This document shows, one piece after another, positions 51,306 through 64,000 of a stretch of 64,000 bases of DNA. The stretch spans positions 6,096,687 through 6,160,686 of the forward strand of contig OZ316895.1 in assembly GCA_973895155.1 (NCBI GenBank). The letters run 5' to 3'. Position 1 is the stretch's first letter. Each line of letters opens with the position of its first letter. The position numbers and the translations under genes were made by a program. A model generated the notes under the pieces. The model ran no database searches. It worked only from the letters and a program-made list of their open reading frames with translations, and was not told where the DNA came from. This DNA is from Marsupella aquatica. Its lineage: Eukaryota > Plantae > Marchantiophyta.

Positions 51306-52379
51306 ATTCACGACGAAAGGCAATCTCGAGGCTCATTAAGAGCCTCGAGTACGCCTGCCCGCGCCTACTGCCCGCCCCCTCACAATTTTTTCGAATTTTA
51401 CTTAGCATGAATGATCCCCACTTTTTGGGTGGGGTGAATGTTAAAAAGAATTCTTGTTGATAGCAGGATTTGAACCCCACACCTCCCACTCCCCAAATTA
51501 GTTCGTGGACCCCCACCTGTTTTTATTTGATTAGTGTACTACTACGTTGAGCTTCAGTGATCTGCTAGAGTAGTTGAGGTCGATCAGTCCTTATCGATCT
51601 TGTCAATGTCCTTATCGATTCTCTTTGCTTCTCCTTCTTTCTGCTCGATCTATTTGTTTCTGATTAAGATGTGTTGCGCCTCTTTTCTGTCCTCGATCAG
51701 TTCTCATTTTTCCTTTCTTCATTCGGCTTCTGATCTTTTTTGATTTTGTTTCTCCAACATTCCTCTTTACTTTGCACTTCAAGAGGCGAAACTCCTTTCG
51801 AGCTTTCCTCTTTTCATTACTTTCATCAAAAGCCTTCCTCCCTTTCGAAATGTTGATGTGCTTCTTTTGTTCTGACGGTTTTATTTCGGCAGTTACACAG
51901 GAATACGGTTACTGTTTACGTTGAACACTATTTACTTTTATAAAAAAACATTTATAAATTTAAGTAAAGAGAATATGGGTGAATGTTTTTAATCTCGCCC
52001 TTTGTATCAATAGATTTGGATGAACTTTTAATTACTTTTACATTATGTTTTGACGGCATGGCGTCCATAAAATTACACGAAAAGCGACGTAAACAAGATG
52101 GAGAGGAATTTATTCGTTGCGCAAACATGACCATTCTTGTTTGTTGCGGTTGTTGCTGACGTGGCACTCTGTGGTGCCAGGAATTTTGGAAGGAACCTCT
52201 AGTGGGGTCCGTAATGAGTTGAGCTACCAGTGAGCCTTTCCCCATTCGTGTCATCACGCCTTCGCACCAGGTATTTAACCTAAAATTAGATCCAGCACAA
52301 GCGGGCAGCGGGCAGCACGTATAGGGTAATCAATGCGGATTAGCATTAATTACCCTCGAGATTGGCTCTCGTCGTTAAT
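51306..52379. mobile_element. MULE-like MITE, copy 3, interrupted by a nested insertion
   Basis: TIR match 23/26 (ATTCACGACGAAAGGCAATCTCGAGG / CCTCGAGATTGGCTCTCGTCGTTAAT). TSD (T)ATTAGATG on both sides; the single-copy empty site lies in copy A near 34890. Confidence 0.85.
51504..52212. mobile_element. ~709-bp nested insertion with short inverted ends (solo LTR or hAT-like MITE)
   Basis: Ends GGACCCCCAC ... GTGGGGTCC, flanked by AATTAGTT / AATGAGTT. Absent from MITE copies 1 and 2. Confidence 0.6.
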
Positions 52380-54832
52380 ATTAGATGGGGCCCTTGTTTT
52401 GGTGTCATGTATAAGGTCTGGTGTGCTTTGCATTGGCTCTGTGGTTATGACCCCTTTAGTAGGCTCTGGTATTGAGCATTTGTTGGTACTTCCCCAGTTG
52501 CGCGGGTGTGCCGGTGGTATCTCTGTTTGCCTGTACTAGGCTGCCGCCTGGCCTCTGGCTGGCTTTTGGCTTTGTTGGTGCTTGTCATTTTGGCTTTCTA
52601 CGTGTGTTGGCTCTTTCATGCTGCTATGGCACTATGTGTTTCCCCCATTTGTGGGATTTTCACCGAATCAATATATAAAACTTTTAAAAGAAATTCAAGA
52701 AAATGTGCTGTCCTTTTGAAATGCATTGGGAACCAGTTTTGTTGCTCATTGTCTTTTTGTTTATTCTTGTTTTTTTGTGTTACCTGTGTCATACTTCTTG
52801 TTCCTGCTGAAGATAGCTACGGCTACCCTTTGTGCAATCTGCAATGAAGAAGTGCCCAGACAACACCATTGGGCCAATCCAATTTATATATGTAAGCAAT
52901 TTCTCCATTAGTTTCCCTCTGCAAAAAAGTTTACTCAATTAAATGTCAGCGGTTGCAGGTTGTAGGCAACCGCTTGCTAGCTGGGCCTTACAAAGACGGA
53001 CTGTCCATGCCAAGTCCAAAATGGACAAAAGTAAGCATGTATACCCGATACACATGGTACATATGCACAATGTATTTAGTATTTGGACTAGCAGTTGGAC
53101 ACCCAACTGTCGTAGAAGATCCTGGGTCCTACCAACAAATTCTTGTGTTATAAGAATTGCAAAGTTGTAATCTTAATATTAGGAACTTTTAACATAAAAT
53201 CTTGAGAGGGTAGACCAGGACGTCAGTTGGGAGAGAATTGGTTGGAAACTATCTTGGTGCATTGGGAGAAAAGCCCCTCCCAGAGGTCCACTAAGTATAT
53301 ATCTCCATACCACTTCCTTAAGTCTGCCAGCCTGGCCTTTTTTTATTATGAAATGCACACAACATATGCGTTATGATTCGGTGGTATTAATCCATCCAGC
53401 AAATGTAAATTAAAATTACAATTAAAGTGGTTTAAGACTACGGTACTGTCCCTGTTAGAGGCTATTGTGACATACTATGCCCACCAAAAGAGGGCTTACT
53501 ACACATATCCTATTAAAACACAACTACACATACACAATTAAAATGGCATACACTACCAAAGTCCGGCAAGCTAACCATAGGAAGCTGAAGTAATCCCTCT
53601 ATAAATGCACAAACCTTAAGTGCAAAACCTGGCAATTGTAAGGTGTCCAGTTCGTCTGTTTCTTTCTCTACAGAGTTTGCACTGTGTTGCACATATTGTA
53701 AGTGCAAACGGGCGAAAACACTTTTGCTGATTGACACTCTGTAAGTGCAACGCCTGGTAACTAAACATGGACACTTATCAATAAGTGCGCAACTCCGTCA
53801 AATTACACTTTCTGATTAGTGCATAGCAGTTTAAGCTAAGGCAGCGAGGGAGTGACCAACATATACATGAGTTGTGAGTGAGCGTGAGCGGAGGAGGAGG
53901 GAGGGAGAGGGCTCTCGTGTGGAGTAGGCTTGTGTTCCGACATCGGCCATGGTAGTTCCGACATCGGCCATGGTAGTGAACGTGGCGTGACCTCTTGTGT
54001 CTTTGGAGAGTATGTTTGTCGTGGATGGAGAGTGGATCCAGGATTCGGAGGAGAGAGAGCCGAAATCGACAGTGTCTTTCGTCCTGCGCCTGTTCCCTCC
54101 TCCGCAGCATCGTTTGTTGACCACCGTACACCCTGCAACCATATATATTGATTTCGACGAAGATTTGGATGCAGTTAGAATATCACATCTGGATTCAATT
54201 CTTTAATCCTCACTTGAGCTCGATTCCTTGATCAACACTTCTGAAATCATTGGGAACTGCAAGATGTGCCAGTTTGTTCTTCAAACTTGCTATGACATTC
54301 CCTCGGTTCAAGCTAGACCATATCGTAAGCAAGTACTCTCATCTAAGTAAGTAGTTCCAAAGGCCCGAGTCTGAGGACAGACATTCCGAGTTTGTGCTTT
54401 TGTGAAAGGCTCGAAACGGAGCAGAACCTGGACAGTGTTAGAGATAGGAAGTGTGTCAATGCAGAAGAGATAGCTAGCAAGGTTGTCTAGTGAGGTTGGG
54501 ATTGAATTGCGATCTTTGCGTAGACACACTAGTTCCAGATTTGCTTCATTTATCGAATTTAGAACCGAGATTAGCGTCGAGTTTTCACGTACGTGCAATC
54601 TGTACTGCCTTTCTGGTGTCTACTCGATCATTACGAGCCTGTGTCAGTCTTTTTCACTCAATGTTGTCCAATCACTGACGTTTCTGATTAGTTCCACTCA
54701 TCAGTTATGCGAACTCTAACATCTGCATTGAGTGGTCATAGATCGACGTCAGCTGGTGAAATGCATGAGCATCTATGCCTGCCCTGTTAATATTGATGAC
54801 ATCAGGGGTCTCCACGCGCGACTGCACAAGAT

Positions 54833-56700
54833 GTGCCTACGAGACCCTACTTCCCCAGAGCAATATTTGCATTCGGGGACTCTATGATAGACCCGGGAAA
54901 CAACAGCTCCATTGAGTCCCTAGCGAAGGCGAATATCCTCTACAATGGCATGGACTTCCCATTGGGACCAAGTGGTCGCTTCTGCAATGGGCTAACCGTG
55001 TTGGACATCTTAGGCAAATTTCCGATGCTGCCACTCTTGCCCGGACTCTTGCAAGTTTTTGCGTTCACAAATTTCTCTTTAATCAAGCTTTTCAGATCTA
55101 TGATCCATGATGCTTTTTATCTGGTCTCATGTAGTCCATCTCGGTTATATATGGTTCGAGGATTTCCATTCATGGATTACTCTGGTTATCTTTTGATACT
55201 AACACCAAATGAAATAGAGCATTGTAGGAAAAATGAAGAAGTGACGCCACGATCTGCATACTTTAGACGTGTGTTTAAATGAGCCTTAATTGGTCATTAT
55301 ACTCATCCTTCCTAGAAAGCCTACTTGACGGACTTCGGCTACTGTAGCCAACTTGACAAGCTCAACATGAGATTGGTTCTCAGACATCAATGTTCATAGC
55401 TAACAATCTTCTGTGGGCCTTGAATATGAATGGCTGACGTTCACCATTTTACACGACTTCACGATTCACATTTTTTAGTCACAATCTGGCAGGAGTGACT
55501 TACCATGGAGACAAGTTTTGGCCCTGGAAACAACAACTTGATTCATTCCCTAGCGAATATCCTCTGCAACGGCATCGACTTCCCACTCGGACCAAGTGGC
55601 CGCTTCTGCAATGAGCGAACAGTGCACGTTGGACATCATATGTAAGTGTCAACGCTGCCACTCTTGTAAGTTTTTGTCGGAATTTGCTCACGAATTTCTG
55701 TTTAAGCAAGCTTTTCAGATCTCTGATCCATGCTCTTTGTCTGGTCTCATGCAGGTGATAGTTTCCAGGTCCCCTATCTTCCTAGCTAGCTGCCTATCTT
55801 GTTCCACAAACAAACGGCTCCAAGATTCTTCATGGAGTGAACTACATCAGGAGCGGCTGGCATTCTCGATGACACAGTGACGAATCCCGTAAGCTCATCG
55901 GAAAACTGCCCCTTGCATGCAGTCCATCTCGGTTAATTATGATTCGGGGATTTCCCTGCGCACTGCCGCATCTAGTTCTAGAGCTCTCGTTCGAACAACA
56001 TACCTCAACAACAACCGGTTAGGCCGTCCGGCCCTCGAGGTCCGGCCGGCCGCGTTTCAGCAGAAAGGTTTGGTTCACGAATTGACTATTGTCCGGCCTG
56101 TAGATCGCGGCCTTGCCTATGGATAAGCAAATCACTTACCTCGATCAGACACAATTTGGACGACATCAATCAGCAATTAGGAGATGACGAATTTAGGACG
56201 CTTGTGAGCAAGCCACTACTTTTCGCTAAGATAGGTAACAACGACTTCATTAACAGCTACTTCCTTTCAATAACAATTACCAGCAGGCTTTACACTCGTG
56301 CGGAGCTTACTTCGATTCATTGACAGATTCAATGCGCAGTTGTCGATATGACTTAAGGCACATGCGCTTTTATAATTAGCTGTTCTCGAGCGCTCCCACA
56401 TCGAGATGCCCTTTCGTTTGAAATATTGCTGAGAGATCATATATACATTATTTCGTTTACTTCAGGCGATTTCTCCACAGTTTGTTTTCAGGTAGAGTGC
56501 ACTTCTCTAGCTGGCAGGATTCCCAAATTAACACATGACGCGGTACTCATAGGAAATGTATTCGTCAGGGTTCCGCTAAGTGTTCATTGCTGGAGTCGGG
56601 CCCGTACGTGTGATTCATTCCGCATCAGTTGGCCATTGCTGAAACGCCTCAATGGGTACAGACAACCACTGGTACATGTTGGCCATTGCTTCCGAATCAG
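54833..56700 (+). pseudogene. GDSL esterase/lipase remnants: exon 1 (twice), exons 2, 3 and partial 4
   Basis: AIFAFGDSMIDPGNN...GMDFPLGPSGRFCNGLTVLDILG (blocks I-II) at 54833-55013. A second partial exon 1 at ~55546-55641. Frameshifted exons at ~55755, ~56104 and ~56553. No signal peptide. Confidence 0.88.
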
Positions 56701-59700
56701 TTGGCCATCTGCATTCTTTAGGTGGGTATTTGAACGATCCTTGATTTGTCATGATACTTATCCTTCCTAGCTAGAAAGCGTACTTGATGGACTTCAGCTC
56801 CTGTAGCCAAATTGACAAACTCCTCCTCCGTAGCATCCTTCGTTGACCACCGTAAACCCTGCCACCATATCGATTTCGAAGAATAAATGGACGCAGTTAG
56901 AATATCGCACAATCTGGATTCAGTTTGTAAGGCTTCACATGCATGTCTGAGCTTGATTCCTCGCTCAACACTTCTGAAATCATGGGAACTTGAACATCTA
57001 CCAGTTTGTAAGCGGCGAATACTAGTACTAATGCTAGCGAGAGGGCTAGCCGCTGGAGAACTACCTGCAGTCGAACTATGAATCCCTCCCGCGAGTATGA
57101 GTACTAGTACGCCCGCTAACTCTCAGCAGGCGATGTATGAGCAGGTGACGGGCTATCTGTAGGATAATTGTTTCGATTTTCCAGATCGACACTTCAAATG
57201 TTTTCTTCGTCCTGTTCCGCAGCTTCTGGTGGCCAGGATGTACTCCGTTTGGCCACGCGCCGCCGTATAGCCGAGTCTGAGGACGGACAAATGTTCCCGG
57301 TTTGTGCTTTTGTGAGAAGCTGGAGACGAAAATTCATACCAGTCGAACATCCTCAGCATGCCTTGTACGAGAATTGAAGCTGGAGAGAGAGTCATAGAGG
57401 TAGGAAGTGTGCGAGTGCGAACGAGAGAGAGCTAGCGAGGGTTGTCTAGCGAAGTTGTCATCGAACTGCGACCTTTGTGTAGACACTTCTCCCGGATTTG
57501 CTTGATTGTATCGGATTTTGAACCGACATTCTCTTAGCGTCGAGTCTTTACTTACAACTTGTGTCGCTTTTTCTGGAGTCTATTCATTAAAAGCCTGTGT
57601 CAGTCTAAACCAGTTGTCTGTGCATCTAGGAATGGCAGCGGATAGAAAACGCCGAGTTTGTCTCCTGAGCCGTTTGCAATGTACACGTACTCTCGGATCT
57701 GCAAGAATACGTGTTCATCATACCTCTTCGATTACATTATCGACAGCAAAAGAATGCTCTTCCCAGGACACACCAACCAGGGCATGCAGCAGAATATATA
57801 GAACTTTAGCAAAATAGATGCTTAAGATCGATGGCAGCGTTTGCAGAGCAACACTTTGATCAGGATTTCATGATTAAGTTTTGTGCCATGGAGGAAGATG
57901 CAAGACTCCATCGACTCCATTCTATACGACTGATCAGACGCGCACTCAGCGTATCACCCTCCAGATTAACCCTGGTAACTACAAGTATGTCGTTATTAGT
58001 TTCTCTACAGATTGCTTCCATGCGTATTAAATCTCTGCAGCTAGTGGTATGCCCTGTAGAGATTATGGACTACGATTACGGGTTTCTCTTGAAGCCATTG
58101 ATGGTATATTGAGTTTCTATCTGGGTCTACAGCAGACTACAGTTTCGAAATTCTGACTTATATATCTAAAACTGTGGAAGGCCATTGATGGTAGTGAATT
58201 TCTCTCAGGTTCTACGGTACTTTTCGAAATTCTTAGGTATAGATCTAAAACTTTGAAATCCTTCGATCTCTCGATGGCTACTGACCCTTTTCTGATCTCA
58301 TTCTGACTTTAGGGAACGTATTGGTTTGGGCCAAGCAGTTTCGGGTTGGACCTGATGGAAAAAGAAGGGAGCCAGAGATCGAGAATTGGGCTGACTTATC
58401 GACTCTATTATGCAGTATGCCGTAACCATTGATGTACTCCTGCACCAGGCTTTGTTGTTGTTGTGCATGTGAATTAAGATCTCTAGTTGCCTGAGTGTAT
58501 ATATTAGTACGAGAGACTTGCTGATTTAATTCTCTTGGCTGGATGCAGGCATTTCGCCTTTTGATTTGCCATCTCTGATCGAGAAAAGTGCAGGATATCA
58601 AGCCTTCGGCCAGTATCCAGGTCAGTACGTACTCAATCAAGAACTCCACGATCTACACTGCATGCAGACCTTAGAGTCTTATTTCCTCTCTTTCTCAGTT
58701 TGCTGTTTGGTGAGAGGTGAGGAAGTTAGAGAAGCCGCCCCAGTTTCTCAACCTGCATGCCGTCCTCATCGTTCATGTCTTATTTAACATGCAAACTCTG
58801 AAAAGGTCCAAAGCTTATGCCCTTATGCCCTTATGTAATTTCGTTTCTTTCTGTAAGCTAGTTGTCTCTTAACGTCACATCCGAACTCCATGATCTATAT
58901 GTACAGAAACGATGTCGGTCGAAATCTACGTTTCGATGTCGTCGGACCAGTAGAAGTCACATATTCGAGAGCGTTGGAGCGTACAGGCCGCAAATTTCGT
59001 GCTGGTCAACGGCGGCGGTTTTCTCAAATCAAAAAATATATGTCGGGTGGTATCCCAAAACACATATACTTTTCGGTTTGAGCAAACTGCCGCCGGTGAC
59101 TGGCAGAAAATTTGCGGCCTGTACGCTCCAACGCGGCTGAAAACACAAATCATTCTGATTTTGATCTTGTCTGGGGTTGAATGTCGATTCCTGTACAGTT
59201 GCTCGATCGATCTGGTTCTGATGCTCCATTTGCAATTTTAAGGTTTGTCAACTTTGGAACAGTAGTAATGTTCAGTACTCAGGAGAAAATGACGTTTGAG
59301 GGTTTGGCAGACGGGCAACGAAGAGCGAGCGGTCTGGTGTACAAGATCTTTGGTTTGTGCATTATACAAGTCTTCACGTAAAACCTTCATCGCCTTTTCT
59401 GCTGTCTAATCATTACGGGCTGTCACTCCTTTTCACTCAATTTATCAGATCGCCTGCATATTTGGTTAGTTGAACGCAGTTGTGGTCTAACATCTGCGTT
59501 CAGTGGTCATGTATGTATTGACGTCTGCTGGTGAAATGCATGTATGTCGATTCCTGTACATTCTGATGCTCGATTTGCAATTTTAAGCTTCGTTAACTTT
59601 AGAACAGTAGTAATGTTCAGTGGAATCTGAAGAACATTACGATCTCATGCCCTTTATGTAATTTCGTGTCTAGCTATAAGAACATTGCGATCTAATGCCC

Positions 59701-60337
59701 TTATGTACTTTCGTTTCTTTCTGTAAGTTGTCTCTTAACGTCACTCCCGAACCCCATGATCTATAAGTACAGAAACGGTGTCGGTCGAAATCTACGTTTC
59801 GATATGGTCGGACCAGTAGTAGTCACATATACGAGAGCGTTGGAGCGTACAGGCCGCAAATTTCGTGCTGGTCAACAGCGGCGGTTTTCTCAAATCAAAT
59901 AATATATGTCGGTTGGTATCCCAAAACACATATACTTTTCGGTTTGAGCAAACTGCCGCCGGTGACTGGCAGAAAATCTGCGGCCTCTACGCTGAAAACA
60001 CAAACCATTCTGATTTTGATCTTGTCTGGGATTGAATGTCGATTCCTGTACAGTTGCTCGATCGATCTGGTTCTGTGCTCCATTTGCAATTTTAAGGTTC
60101 GTCAACTTTGGAACAGTAGTAATGTTCAGTACTCAGAAGAAAATGACGTTTGACGGTTTCGCAGACGGGCAACGAAGAGCGAGCGGTCTGGTGTAGAAGA
60201 TCTTTGGTGCATTATACAAGTCTTCACGTAAAACCTTTATCGCTTTTTCTGGCGTCTAATCATTACGAGCCTGTCACTCATTACGAGCCTGTCACTACAA
60301 GTCCATTGTGGGCTGAAGACGCATTGTATCTTTGTAG

Positions 60338-60901
60338 GTTCACATTGTGCAATGTGGTGCGGTGCGACCTCTATTAAGATGCTGGAAGCTCCTGATCCGC
60401 GGCTTCGGGAGATAGCGGCATTTACTCTGAGTCGGCTTGCTCAGGTCTGACGGAGTGAAACTCCAGGAGTTCGAGTAATCTCCTTTTATCTGCCGAGTTA
60501 TCTGCATACTGCATCTTAATTTCTAATTTTCCTGGTATGGCGCCCCAAGAATCAGTTGAAGAGCTGAAGAACACGTTCGACCGTTTTATTCGGTGCAGAA
60601 AAACCACACCGAGGCAGGATTTACAGTACACGCTAGAGGATTGAAGCCGTTACTTGAGCTTCTTGATTTAGAAAATGGATCACTTAACTTCGACACAATC
60701 AAGCATTTGCTCCCTACGCCTTAGCTGAGAACGAGTTTAGACAATGCCTTACGATGGATCATTTCATTTCTATTTTTATGGCATCAATAGCTACCAGGTA
60801 TTTCCGTTCCTTCAGGACATGAACGTGTCTATCTATCTATATACATATAGTCAGATTCGGTGGTGTGCAACGGCTTCCGGATGGGCAACCTCATCGTCCA
60901 G
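60338..60901 (+). pseudogene. ARIA/ABAP1-type ARM-repeat exon remnants, duplicate copy
   Basis: Paralog of 41290-41852 (VHIVQCGAVRPL; GLKPLLELLDLENGS). Confidence 0.8.
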
Positions 60902-62144
60902 GTGTAGACCATGCAGCCTGAGTTTCTTGTTGGCCCGATAACCTCCAAGTTCTCCGTCATAAAATAGAAACTCTCAGCAGTGTCAGCCGGCTCAGTAAAT
61001 GTTTATATTTTATCAGATGTATCAGCAGGTGAAACGCTGTCACTTGCAGGTCACTTGCAGGAGTGTGTAGGATAATTGTTTCTATTTTCCAGACACTTCA
61101 AGTGTTTCTTCCTCCTGTTCTGGTGGCCAGGATGTAGTCCGTTTGGCCACGCGCTGCCGACTACCCGAGTCTGAGGACAGACATGTGTTCCGAGTTTGTG
61201 CTTTTGTGAGAGGCCGGAGACGGACCAGACTTGAACCTGGAGAGAGACTAATAGAGGTAGGAAGTGTGCCAGTGCGAGAGAGATAGCGAGGTTGTCTAGA
61301 GAAGCTGTCATAGATTACAATGGTGGCATTTCCAATGTCCTGGACGATTACAATGGTCTTAAAGCTTCCTTCTCGATCTATAATGATCTACAATGCAGCC
61401 TCAACAGCACCCCTATGACAATGGTGAAGTGCAGTCAGACAGTAGCTCAAGATGATATATATATAGCCCTAAAGTTGCTAGTCTTCCCAAAAACATCCCT
61501 GGAAAAGTATCAGCTGGAGAACTATTACTGGGAATACTAGGTTTTATTGCTCTCTTTGATCCTGAGCTACTCTCTGACGTACTGCACTCAGCACGACCAA
61601 CACAATGAACCAAACAGACACGACCATAGATTCAGCGAATTTGGGCTAAATGCTGCTGTCGATGGAATTCGTGACTGTTCACGTTCACAATTCGAACCCT
61701 CGATCACTAGACCTGGAACCTATGGCTTGCAGGATCGAGCATCAGAACCAGGAACAACTGTACATTAATATCATCAGCATTCTGATCTTGATCCTGTCTG
61801 GATTGAATGTCGATTCCTGTACATTCTGATACTCGATTTGCAATTTTAAGCTTTGTTAACTTCGGAACAGTAGTAATGTTCAGTGGAATCTGAAGAACTT
61901 TGCGATCTAATGCCGTTACGTAATTTCGTGTCTTGCTGTAAGGACAATGCGATCTAATGCCCTTATGTAATTTCGTGTCTTGCTGTAAGGACAATGCGAT
62001 CTAATGCCCTTACGTAATTTCGTTTCTTTCTGTAAATTGTCTCTTAACGTCACACCCGAACTCCATGATCTATACGTACAAAAACGGTGTCGGTCGAAAT
62101 CTACGTTTCGATATCGTCAGACCAGTAGTAGTCACATGTACGAG

Positions 62145-62310
62145 AGCGTTGGAGCGTACAGGCCGCAAATTATGTGCCAGTCAACTGCGGCGGTTTTCTC
62201 AAATCAAAAAATATATGTCGGGTGGTATCCCAAAACACATATACTTTTCGGTTTGAGCAAACTGCCGCCGGTGACTGGCAGAAAGTTTGCGGCCTGTACG
62301 CTCCAACGCT
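62145..62310. repeat. 166-nt foldback, copy B counterpart
   Basis: Same 25-bp perfect terminal inverted arms as 43039-43204. Confidence 0.85.
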
Positions 62311-62576
62311 GAAAACACAAACCATTCTGATTTTGATCTTGTCTGCGATTGAATATCGATTCCTATATAGTTTCTCGATCGATCTGGTTCTGATAGTCCA
62401 TTTGCAATTTTAAGGTTCGTCAACTTTGGAACAGTAGTAATGTTCAGTACTCAGGAGAAAATGACGTTTGACGGTTTGGCAGACGGTCAGCGAAGAGCGA
62501 GTGGTCTGGTGTACAAGATCTGTTTAAGCAAACTTTTCAGATCTCTGATCCATGCTATTTGTCGGGTCTCATGCAG

Positions 62577-63162
62577 GTGATATCTTCCAGGTCCCCTTTC
62601 TTCCTGCCTACCTTGATCCACAAACAAACGGCTCTTCATGGAGTGAACTACGGTTCAGGAGCGGCTGGCATTCTCGATGACACCGGAAATAATTTTGTAA
62701 GCTCGTCGCGAAACTGCCTCGATCTCGCATGCAGTCCATCTCGGTTATGAATCGAGGATTTCCCTGCGCACTGCTGTCTTTAGTTTTAGAGCTATCTTTC
62801 GAACAACATACCCACGCGCGCCATCAACAACAAACGGTTATTTGCCCCGGCCCTCGAGGTCTGGCCGCGTTTTCAGCAGAAAAGGTTGGTTCACTGATTG
62901 ACTTTTGTCCGGCCTGTAGATCAAGACCGCGCCTATGGATAAGCAAATCGCTTACTTCATGCACACTTTAGACGATATCAATCACCAATTGGGAGAAAAC
63001 GAACTTAGGACGCGTGCTTGTCAGTAATCACTACTTTTCGGTAAGATATGCAACAACGACTTCATTAACAGGTACTTCATCTCAACAACAAATACCAGCA
63101 GGTTTTACACTCGTGCGGATTTTACTTCGATTCTCCTTGACAGATTCAATGCGCAGTTGTCG
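62577..63162 (+). pseudogene. GDSL esterase/lipase exons 2-3 remnants
   Basis: HGVNYGSGAAGILDDTGNNF and the NNDFINRYF exon. Exon 4 is deleted relative to copy A (junction near 63430). Confidence 0.85.
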
Positions 63163-64000
63163 GTAAGCTCGTCAATAAATTTTTCAACCAGGTTCTAAGT
63201 CCTCAGGAATATCAATCGTAGGGGTAATTGATCGATTATGATTGTTGATGTACCTACGGTTAAAGGTTCGAGAACCTTAAGGCAAATACGCTTTTTAAAG
63301 TATTCCGAGCGCTCCCCGATCGAGATGCCCTTTCGTTTGAAATTGGGTTAGAGATCATAGATTCATTTACATCAGACGATTTCTTCACAGTTTGTTTTCA
63401 GGTAGAGTGCTCTTCTCTAGCTAGCAGGCAGAACATACCCTTCTTACCCATTTTTCCATTGATTATGAATTACTCTGGTTTTGCTTTTGAGATATGCATT
63501 GAAATAGTGCATTTTAGGAAACATGAAGAACCAAAACCACGATCTGCATACTTTGGGTGGGTATTTGAACGATCCTTGGTTGGTCACTCTACTCATCCTT
63601 CCTAGAAAGCGTTTTTGATGTACTCAGCTACTGTAGCCAAATTGAGAAACTCCTCCCGCAGCATCCTTCATTCACCACCGTAAACCCTGCAACCATATTG
63701 ATTCGAAGAAGATATGGAAGATATGGATGTAGTTAGAATATTGCACAATCTGGATTCAGTTCTTAATGCTTCACATCTCTGAGCTTCATTCCTCGGTCAA
63801 CATGGGAACTCTAACTTCTAACACTTTGTTTATAGAAATAGCCCATGAAACTCACTGGGAAGCTAAACATCTAAACAGAGTCGCCATGCTAAAACTCTCA
63901 TCCAAGCTAACTAGATCCAAAGTGTGCCAGCTGCGTAAGAAATCCAGGGCCGAGTTATATGGCCGGGTCATATGGCCGGGTTTAATTCTATCGATCGATC

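Larger units (their letters stand above)
48760..63975 (+). repeat. Segmental duplication, copy B (longer, with extra insertions)
   Basis: Direct colinear copy of 34510-45365 plus a Helitron-like insert, two MITEs, an extra 54845-56085 block and an extra foldback unit. Confidence 0.88.

Noticed and set aside
54833-55282. 149-aa ORF as a functional GDSL lipase
   Set aside because: Only blocks I-II followed by intron read-through; no signal peptide or DxxH catalytic motif; downstream exons are frameshifted.

Overview
Eukaryotic, intron-rich land-plant genomic DNA. An intact-looking WDR35/IFT121 gene implies a lineage with flagellated sperm (bryophyte, lycophyte, fern or cycad/Ginkgo type; the species cannot be called from this window). 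Left half: a full-length but dead Ty1/copia (Bianca-like) LTR retrotransposon (2898-9175, ATAAG TSD, 109/108-bp LTRs, PBS complementary to the anticodon arm of tRNA-Ile, integrase core deleted); an intronless vacuolar sorting receptor ORF with altered cargo-binding and recycling motifs (10844-12781); a ~23-exon WDR35/IFT121 gene on the minus strand (13198-23749); and, head-to-head with it, a 5-exon GEX1 gene (28075-32170). Right half: no intact gene found. It is a direct segmental duplication (~34.5-45.4 kb versus ~48.8-64 kb) of a mosaic of decayed GDSL-lipase exons (both orientations), ARIA/ABAP1 ARM-repeat exons and a 166-nt foldback repeat. The second copy carries later MULE-like MITE and Helitron-like insertions. 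The most unusual signal is a recurrent 4-bp insertion pattern, XY -> XY+revcomp(XY)+XY, seen repeatedly when paralogous copies are compared. All alignments and family assignments were made by eye and from memory of motifs; no searches were run.
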